Source: a virus
Taxonomy: Duplodnaviria > Caudoviricetes
DNA: 64,000 bases
IMG/VR virus record: IMGVR_UViG_3300037067_012889
Location: 160,001 to 224,000 of that record
Strand: one strand, 5' to 3'
Below are positions 57,351 through 64,000 of the stretch, piece by piece. The notes under the pieces are model-generated. The model searched no databases, was not told where the DNA came from, and saw nothing but the letters and a program-made list of their open reading frames with translations. The first letter of the stretch is position 1. Every line of letters begins with the position of its first letter. The translations under genes were made by a program, and so were the position numbers.

Positions 57351-57379
57351 TTAATAGCACGAAAATGACCAATGATTAA
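57351..57379 (-). promoter_or_regulatory. promoter TTAATC-N17(..TCGTGC)-TATTAA for the Y RNA-Ro60 unit
   Basis: Member of the recurring motif family; ends 5 nt before the first Y RNA. Confidence 0.65.
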
Positions 57380-57547
57380 TTAAATACGTCCATCTCCTCT
57401 ATGTCAAGGACACATATAACAAATCAGAGGTTCATTTCTTGTGTCGATCTTTCCAATGCGGATCGTTTTCCGGATTCGCCGGAGAATAATTACCGTCCTC
57501 TAGAATGAAAGCGACCCACCTGAACTGCTTAGCTATTCTCCTAATAT

Positions 57548-57964
57548 TTAGTGCAAATCACTGCGTATCTTCATGAGTATCTTGCCCAACATGTTCTGCC
57601 CCTCTCCCTCACACATTCCCCAATAATGATCGCACCAGTTGTTGCCCTCTATTAGTTCAGAATCGCCAGTTGCTAAAAGCTTGTCTCTCAGATCTGGTAT
57701 GTTGAACTTCTGGCGGATTAGATCTTCCATTATCACAAGTTTTATTGATTCCCAATCAGGCCGCAGTGATACACAACTCCCTGTCCTCTTCGCCTGTCCG
57801 GGTGTCATTCGTGCTATCTCTTCCCTTTCAGACACGTTCATCGTCTTCGCGGCCTGATATGCATTCTCAACGGAGAGATATACTATTCCCTCCATCTCTA
57901 CCCTGCAGGGATAAAAATTCGATAGGAACCGATTCTCTTCAGAAAAACTCGTTATGGCTTTCAT
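57548..57964 (-). CDS. NADAR (YbiA-like) family hydrolase
   Basis: FLSNFY, SVENAYQAAK, RPDWE, LLATGDSELIE, YWG and GQNMLGKILM motifs. Confidence 0.93.
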   Translation of the reverse strand: MKAITSFSEENRFLSNFYPCRVEMEGIVYLSVENAYQAAKTMNVSEREEIARMTPGQAKRTGSCVSLRPDWESIKLVIMEDLIRQKFNIPDLRDKLLATGDSELIEGNNWCDHYWGMCEGEGQNMLGKILMKIRSDLH

Positions 57965-58017
57965 TGAGATTGTCCTGAGTATTCTAAAAATGTCAAATCT
58001 CACTAAAGGATGATCAT

Positions 58018-58260
58018 ATGCCCATTAAACCAGGACGCTATCGACATTACAAGGGTAAAGAATACATCGTAATAGGTGAAGCTACCCACACCGAAACCAA
58101 AGAGCAAATGGTCATTTATCAGCAGGATTATGATGATTTCAAGTCCTGGGTTCGTCCAAAAGAGCTATTTGAAGGTACGGTCGAAATAGGTGGTGAAGTC
58201 GTTAACAGATTCACATATGTCGGACCTTGGTGCTGCTGCCATTGTGTTGACCCATGTTAA
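58018..58260 (+). CDS. DUF1653 family protein
   Basis: GRYRHYKGKEY..ATHTET.E.MVIYQ..WVRP..F. Confidence 0.9.
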   Translation: MPIKPGRYRHYKGKEYIVIGEATHTETKEQMVIYQQDYDDFKSWVRPKELFEGTVEIGGEVVNRFTYVGPWCCCHCVDPC

Positions 58261-58278
58261 TTCATTCGTGCATCACTA

Positions 58279-58479
58279 TCACCTCTCGGCGACTTTAGCC
58301 CAGAATTCCGTCATATCACCAAGACCTTCATCGAGATGAATGGCTAGATGCTCTCTGAGCAAGTTGTCATCGATATCATATGCTGGCTCGGTGTGCATTT
58401 TGATGCCTAATTCTGCCGCTACTTCGAGCATCAACGGAACACGGTCTTTGGTACAGTTAGTAAGGAAATGGTCGTCCAT
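58279..58479 (-). CDS. hypothetical protein (66 aa)
   Basis: Stop/start overlap. Confidence 0.55.
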   Translation of the reverse strand: MDDHFLTNCTKDRVPLMLEVAAELGIKMHTEPAYDIDDNLLREHLAIHLDEGLGDMTEFWAKVAER

Positions 58480-58991
58480 TAGTCGTCGTCCATATCTAAA
58501 TTAAGTTCGCAACAGCCGCCTAGAACCTGTGCAGACCGAGATTTCCGCCCTGCATGTTCTGTGAATTTTGACGACAAAGTTCGTATATCGGACGTCACTT
58601 CACGAGCTACGACATTGCGACAATTCTCACAACGTCCGTCTTTCGTCACTGGTGGCCTCTGCCAGCAGAACCGGCACACCATTTCTTCTTCTTTCTTGAT
58701 GTCCTTCTTATTTGCAGTGTTATGCAGGCTTTTATATCGTTGGTCGCTAAAACCATACTTCCTGTTTACCTCGTAAACATCACAGAATTCGTCTGACGTT
58801 ATGAGATTTCTAAATAAATAGCAATACTCAACCGGAACAGAAAGCGTATATTGTTCCCTGTAGATGGTCAGCACGACATGTCTACCCAATGGTATGTCGC
58901 CTTCTTCATGCAGCCATTTCAAATTATGCTCAACGCTTTGGGCTATCTCACTAGCACGTTCTTTCGATATTGTCAACTGTGAACAAATCAT
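58479..58991 (-). CDS. hypothetical protein with a C-terminal CxxC..CxxC
   Basis: ATGA overlap. Confidence 0.6.
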   Translation of the reverse strand: MICSQLTISKERASEIAQSVEHNLKWLHEEGDIPLGRHVVLTIYREQYTLSVPVEYCYLFRNLITSDEFCDVYEVNRKYGFSDQRYKSLHNTANKKDIKKEEEMVCRFCWQRPPVTKDGRCENCRNVVAREVTSDIRTLSSKFTEHAGRKSRSAQVLGGCCELNLDMDDD

Positions 58992-60187
58992 GATTCTGGC
59001 TGATCTACGAGATTTAAACCAAGACCAAGGTATCGACGCATCGCATCAGCTATTTGGATCGGCTTTGTTGAATAAATCACATTTTTCTTAAGTTTAAAAA
59101 CATCGCCACATCCACACTTGCGCATCAACTCAACCAATTCACTATCGTGCATGAGATCTGAATTGAGGAACGCATCTAGTGTATCTAACCCAAGATATTC
59201 TCTGTCCGGTCGCCGCAGCCGCAAGTTTCTTTGCAGTTTACGTCCTTCTGGTGTACCGTCCATCGTCAGGAATAGAAACGTCGTAATCAAAACAGCACCG
59301 GGCACCACCATACATGTAAAATATCCGATTTTCTGATTACCAAAGATGCATTCAAGAAGAAACGTATCTTTATTGTATGATCTGATCGTAGCTCCTCGCT
59401 TCACAGACTGCCAAACAGATATGAACGCTTCTGTCTGTCCTCTCTCACCCATCTCTTGCATGCCGATGCGTTCAATGAGCCTATCAATCGCATGTAATTG
59501 GGCATAAACTGGCAGTTCCATATCAGGTCCTATCAGTTTTATGTTAAGCTTCTCCCATTTCGGATATGAATTTGTGGGGTCCGTTATAGCATATGCAACC
59601 CTATCACCGACCGGCAAATGAAACGTCTTCGACTTACTTATTCTCGACATGTCGAGCGATGAACGACTACGTTGATTGTATCCTTTGAAGAAGTAGACGC
59701 TGTCGATAGTGTCTATTGAAATAACGTACTCAAAAAGGTCTCGTATTGTTTTGTCGAAGATGTTTTGCAATTCGCCACGAACACATGATTGTAGGTCGAA
59801 TAGCTGCTCAAAGTCTACTTTCTCGCGACTCGATAGTATTCCGCTTGCCCGCTTGATGCCCTTACATACCTCCCACAGCACGGGATAAATAATGGACCAA
59901 AAAAGCTGTGCGGGACGTTCATAATCCTCAATTTTAATGACGGTCGCGTCAAGTACCCTCTGTGCTTGACGCAGTATCTTCTGGTCAACGTCGCCACCAG
60001 TGTTTGTTATGTTCATTGGCCTTGATTGGGCCATATCGAGCACTCGTTTGTTCCGATCAAGAAAAGACCGTATAGTAGGATTCATAGCACCAAAATGCGT
60101 AAGGAATCCGTCCATAACAGATCTTACGTTATGCGCTGCTTTTCTATCGTATCGTCTTGGCTTCTGCTTCGGAGTCATAATGACCAT
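58988..60187 (-). CDS. hypothetical protein (HAIDRLIER..TFLFLTMDGTPEG)
   Basis: Long ORF. Confidence 0.75.
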   Translation of the reverse strand: MVIMTPKQKPRRYDRKAAHNVRSVMDGFLTHFGAMNPTIRSFLDRNKRVLDMAQSRPMNITNTGGDVDQKILRQAQRVLDATVIKIEDYERPAQLFWSIIYPVLWEVCKGIKRASGILSSREKVDFEQLFDLQSCVRGELQNIFDKTIRDLFEYVISIDTIDSVYFFKGYNQRSRSSLDMSRISKSKTFHLPVGDRVAYAITDPTNSYPKWEKLNIKLIGPDMELPVYAQLHAIDRLIERIGMQEMGERGQTEAFISVWQSVKRGATIRSYNKDTFLLECIFGNQKIGYFTCMVVPGAVLITTFLFLTMDGTPEGRKLQRNLRLRRPDREYLGLDTLDAFLNSDLMHDSELVELMRKCGCGDVFKLKKNVIYSTKPIQIADAMRRYLGLGLNLVDQPES

Positions 60188-60193
60188 AGTAAA

Positions 60194-60826
60194 TCAGATG
60201 ATTGTTGGTCTTTCGCATATGTGATCCGGATTGAAATAGAGATAGTCAGGATATGACGGAATTGGTTTGAACCCGATTCTGGTCCAATACGCCGCAATTT
60301 TCTTTTGTGCGGCATCTAACTCGTCATCAGACACAGATCCAATTTTAGGTAGATTGTATTTGTCATCGAATCCCGGTTCGCTCAAAATGAGACGTGGTTT
60401 CATCACGACAGCGGCGTAGCCGTCAGCTATGATGTCGAGTAGATGCCAGATTGCAGCCAATCCTATCTGATGGCCGCGATATTCCGGCACTATCTTGATT
60501 TGATCGAGACAAAAGATGTTGCCCGGTTCGAGATCGAGTTCCTCGGCAAAGCCAAATTTATCGCCGACAACTTTACTAATCATCTCCTCATATTCAGCGC
60601 CGTAATCACCAGCAACGTTCAACATATCAACAATATTACCAGCATAATAACATGGCACAATCGCACCATCAACCTCGCCGATCACCTTATGTTTTTCATT
60701 ACCTAATTCGGCATGGACCTCTCGAATGACGTCTTGGGAGTCATTCCTGTCGAAGTTGATACAGAATGGGCCGATAGAAAAAGAGATCAAAATGGCTTCT
60801 TCACTAATGTTCGTATTCTCGGACAT
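60194..60826 (-). CDS. GNAT-like acetyltransferase-fold protein
   Basis: IKIVPEYRGHQIG and YWTRIGF motifs. Confidence 0.6.
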   Translation of the reverse strand: MSENTNISEEAILISFSIGPFCINFDRNDSQDVIREVHAELGNEKHKVIGEVDGAIVPCYYAGNIVDMLNVAGDYGAEYEEMISKVVGDKFGFAEELDLEPGNIFCLDQIKIVPEYRGHQIGLAAIWHLLDIIADGYAAVVMKPRLILSEPGFDDKYNLPKIGSVSDDELDAAQKKIAAYWTRIGFKPIPSYPDYLYFNPDHICERPTII

Positions 60827-61010
60827 GTCTAGCTCCTCTAATTTAGTTCATGATCTTGTGTATAGAAAGCAGGCTTCGGAAATGTCGGACTGGCCATTGC
60901 CAAAATGGCTTCCTCTCTCGTATAGCCCTGATCCAAAAAGAATTTGATAATATCCTCTTCAGACATATACTTGGGCTTATTATCGCTTGTATCGCTCACG
61001 ATTTGTCTCC

Positions 61011-61565
61011 TTAACTGTCGCTACCATTGTCAACCTCGAAATCCATTTCTTGTAGTTTCGGCGGTTCTGGTTCCGGATCACCAGGGAAACGTGAAGGCAT
61101 CGACCTGCGATAACGGCGATCATCTCTCGCCCTGCACTTCGGGCAAAGAGGGTCTTCACCGCCACCATGCTTCACATCCCTGTCTGTCTCGCCGTCGTCG
61201 AACATCTCGTCGCATTCTTCGCAGCAATGTTCGTGTCTAGGTCGAAGAATACAAGCGTCGATCTGGTACTTGTAATGAGCTTCACCGAGATTACGAAGCG
61301 CTTCACACATATCGTTATGAAATTTCTTAGCTGGTCCTGTGACCTGCTTGCCATCAAGATGCTCCATCATTGCTTTATAGACCGACTTGTCGAAAGCCTC
61401 ATATTCTTCCATGAAACGCTCCGCTGCGGCATATTTCATCCGCAACTTCTTGCACTCTTCATAGAGAAAACGAACACGATCTCGCGCATCGGAACTTATA
61501 GAGCGAAATTCCTTTGCCATCCGTTCAATCTCTTCTTCTGTAGTAACTGTCCAATCAGACATCAT
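61011..61565 (-). CDS. coiled-coil plus Zn-ribbon protein
   Basis: CEEC..LCPKC; AAGGAG RBS. Confidence 0.7.
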   Translation of the reverse strand: MMSDWTVTTEEEIERMAKEFRSISSDARDRVRFLYEECKKLRMKYAAAERFMEEYEAFDKSVYKAMMEHLDGKQVTGPAKKFHNDMCEALRNLGEAHYKYQIDACILRPRHEHCCEECDEMFDDGETDRDVKHGGGEDPLCPKCRARDDRRYRRSMPSRFPGDPEPEPPKLQEMDFEVDNGSDS

Positions 61566-61571
61566 AGCTCC

Positions 61572-62810
61572 TTAAATAACGGGTTTCAACGGTAATGCCA
61601 TAGCTTCATCGAGAAGAGGAAAGAAGTCCTCTCCCCATGGAATAAAACGCCAGAAGTCGATATCTTGATAAACACCGTCGCGGAAATAACGCCAGATCTC
61701 AACACCATTCTTCTTGTAGCAGACATGGACAAGATCATATTGCTCTTCTGGAGCACTCTCTGGCAATTCTTTCTTCATCCTGTCGCTTTCGCGAAACAAC
61801 TCTCGCCAGTTCGCATTCGGCTCATTGAATTTCTGCATCATAGCATCAGAAATTTCTTGCTTCTTGTCTTCAAGCTCAATCTCGTAAGGCTCTTTCCATT
61901 CAAGAGCCGGATCGGTGAGTTGAGTAACAATCGTTTCCTGATAATCCTCACCAGTTGTATCTGTGAAAGGCTGTACAAACACCGGACGATTACTGAACTT
62001 CTGCAGATAGATGTGGATGTGGCGATGTTCGCGAGGAAGCTCTAAAGCTGATTGCATAATTTCGTCCCACTTTGTTTGGAGATACTGTTTGAGAGAATGT
62101 TTAAAGACATCAAGAGGGTAATGACGCTTGGCAAAATTCGTCCATTGGCAGATAAGATGAATGTTTCCTTTGATGTGACCTCGCTCCGGATCAATACGAT
62201 CGATACTCATCGCATTCATATCATTGAACGCATGAGTCATCTTGACACCGGTAATAGCACACTTACCTTGTTGAGCTTCATATAGAGAAACGACATAATC
62301 GAGATCAATATCAAAATCCCTTTTAGGTCCTGATTTCGGATCATGAGGGCCTGGCTTAAGCGCTATCGCCCTACCGATACTAAGCAAATGAGACAACCAA
62401 GTTCGCGGAGTCTTGCAGACTCTAGCACGATGCATCGCCTTACCTTCTGGCGTATGATATAGCTTACGATTTGTATCTCGCAACTGTTCTCTGTTCGTAT
62501 CCTTCCAATATTGAACCTGTTTACGCAATTTGTCTCGATTTTTCTTGCGATATTCAGCAAGATAGACCTTGAAACAAGGAACACAAACATTGGCTTTCGG
62601 CCTGAATTCGACCTCAGTTTCAGGTTTACCGCATTCACGGCAAATCCGTACTTCTGGCTTAACTTGCGGATGGAGAATGCCTTTGCGAAGATCTCGCTTA
62701 TAGGCGGCTTGACAGGTCTTGCAAGTAGCACGACCTTTAGAAAAATGATCTAGTGGTCTTGGTTGACCACATTTTCGGCAGATTCGAGTCTCAGGTGTTG
62801 TTTCATCCAT
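61572..62810 (-). CDS. HNH-type endonuclease with N-terminal Zn ribbons and an extra C-terminal domain
   Basis: CRKC/CKTC/CREC/CVPC; GKCAITG..SIDRIDPERGHIKGNIHLIC..N..K. Confidence 0.75.
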   Translation of the reverse strand: MDETTPETRICRKCGQPRPLDHFSKGRATCKTCQAAYKRDLRKGILHPQVKPEVRICRECGKPETEVEFRPKANVCVPCFKVYLAEYRKKNRDKLRKQVQYWKDTNREQLRDTNRKLYHTPEGKAMHRARVCKTPRTWLSHLLSIGRAIALKPGPHDPKSGPKRDFDIDLDYVVSLYEAQQGKCAITGVKMTHAFNDMNAMSIDRIDPERGHIKGNIHLICQWTNFAKRHYPLDVFKHSLKQYLQTKWDEIMQSALELPREHRHIHIYLQKFSNRPVFVQPFTDTTGEDYQETIVTQLTDPALEWKEPYEIELEDKKQEISDAMMQKFNEPNANWRELFRESDRMKKELPESAPEEQYDLVHVCYKKNGVEIWRYFRDGVYQDIDFWRFIPWGEDFFPLLDEAMALPLKPVI

Positions 62811-62850
62811 ACCTCTATTAAAATACAGATGAAGCAAGCTGTCAAGTATA

Positions 62851-63177
62851 TCAATGTTCCAGATCTTCTACTGCACCAACTATATCTTTTGCGGCCTTGG
62901 TCACTGTTGTGACCAATTTGTCTTCGAAATCCTTTATAGTCGCTTCAACTTCATCTAACTTATCTTGGATCTCTGGCAGCTGCAGGTCCTCTAATTTTAC
63001 CACCAATGGAGCGATTTGCTCTTCCAGCTTATTGCAGATTGATATACCACACTCTGCTACGGCGGACATCAGCGAATCGCACCCCCAAATTATTGTGGCG
63101 GCTAGATCGCCACCAGCTACCTTTGATAAAAGCTCATCCTTCGACCATCCACGAAGCTGCGAATAATCTTCTAACAT
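62851..63177 (-). CDS. hypothetical coiled-coil protein
   Basis: GAGGT RBS. Confidence 0.6.
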   Translation of the reverse strand: MLEDYSQLRGWSKDELLSKVAGGDLAATIIWGCDSLMSAVAECGISICNKLEEQIAPLVVKLEDLQLPEIQDKLDEVEATIKDFEDKLVTTVTKAAKDIVGAVEDLEH

Positions 63178-63256
63178 TTTGATACCTCATTTGTGTTATG
63201 CCCCGTATATTTACACAATCGTGATATATGCATTTGCCTATTTAGTACGACACCTA

Positions 63257-63292
63257 TGAAAAGAGCCGGGTCGAATTTCTCCGACCCGGCTC
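63257..63292 (-). terminator. intrinsic terminator after the major capsid gene
   Basis: GAGCCGGGTCG/CGACCCGGCTC stem followed by TTTT on the minus strand. Confidence 0.85.
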
Positions 63293-63334
63293 CATGTTTT
63301 CAGCAGGATACCCACACTAGGTAGGTGCCGAATC

Positions 63335-64000
63335 CTACAGATTGGTTACATTGATCGTGCCATAGTACAGGCCACCATCTTCAATGAGCTTCTTGCCATA
63401 ACGTGTCATTATCCCCTTGGTGGGGGTATGGCTGTTCGGGTCGAGTACTGTCGGGGTGCTCAACAGAGGAATGTATGGAGCGTAGAAATATCCCGCATCC
63501 AGTACACTGGCACCCTTGAAGCCCAAGAGGATCTTGCAGTTCGGGAAGAGCGGATCCTTGTACAACCGCAGCTTGCCCTGGATCGTTCCGGCATTCATGA
63601 TACCGATATCCACGCCCTCTTGAACGAACGCGTCTGACGACCGGAAGTCGTTCAACTGTTCGAACTTGGAGCTGATATCGGCGGAGGTCACCATCCAATT
63701 CGCCGGGCCACGCAATGTGGTCCTGTGGATGATGTTCGCAACTTCGAGCACCTTGTAGAGCAAGGCGATGTTGCGATCTGTAAAGTTAACAGATGCCCCA
63801 GCTGCCGTGGCGAAGTTGTGAGTAGCACGAATGGCGGCTGCTATGATCAGATCGTTGATGATTTCACGGTCGATCTCGGCAACCATCTCGTCGGCCATAA
63901 GGTCTGTCAAGGTGCTCTCGGCGTCGATGTTGTGCACCGACTTGAGATCCTGGGCAGCTTCCAGCGACCAGCTCGTCTTGAGCTTACGGGTGACAGCCGC
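63335..64000 (-). CDS. T4 gp23-type major capsid protein (5' part outside the window)
   Basis: TRKLKTSWSLEAAQDLKSVHNIDAE..EIDREII..GYFYAPYIPL..GIMTRYG. Confidence 0.95.
   Translation of the reverse strand, partial: AAVTRKLKTSWSLEAAQDLKSVHNIDAESTLTDLMADEMVAEIDREIINDLIIAAAIRATHNFATAAGASVNFTDRNIALLYKVLEVANIIHRTTLRGPANWMVTSADISSKFEQLNDFRSSDAFVQEGVDIGIMNAGTIQGKLRLYKDPLFPNCKILLGFKGASVLDAGYFYAPYIPLLSTPTVLDPNSHTPTKGIMTRYGKKLIEDGGLYYGTINVTNL

Noticed and set aside
1-64000. Stop-codon reassignment, as seen in some jumbo phages
   Set aside because: Known genes are full length in the standard code, and TAG, TGA and TAA all end well-defined genes.

Overview
This 64 kb window comes from a large T4-like (probably jumbo) dsDNA phage. 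It is read in the standard genetic code and ends in a partial gp23-type major capsid gene. A Planctomycete-style prepilin leader on one gene hints at a PVC-group host (inference). The left half holds nucleotide metabolism genes (add, Nudix, dam, tmk, dut, thyX), three large fibre-like virion proteins, several proteins with capsid-targeting-like N-termini, and a 785-aa protein that appears to be a heavily expanded sigma70 factor. The main finding is a minus-strand locus at about 37.8-45.8 kb. It has two paralogous Cas12f1-like proteins that lack the RuvC catalytic residues and the whole C-terminal Zn-finger/RuvC-III part, and three CRISPR arrays with one shared 35-nt repeat. It also has four identical 79-nt tracrRNA-like elements whose two anti-repeat segments pair with the last 13 nt of the repeat, and two orphan mini-repeats. 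No cas1/cas2 or transposase is present in the window. This looks like a phage-encoded, nuclease-dead, RNA-guided DNA-binding system. Further right are an SF2 helicase and two neighbours carrying 18 'LRPDWF' repeats, a Ro60/TROVE gene with three Y RNAs (two with a permuted tRNA-like module), and a NADAR gene. All calls were made by eye from motifs; no database searches were run.
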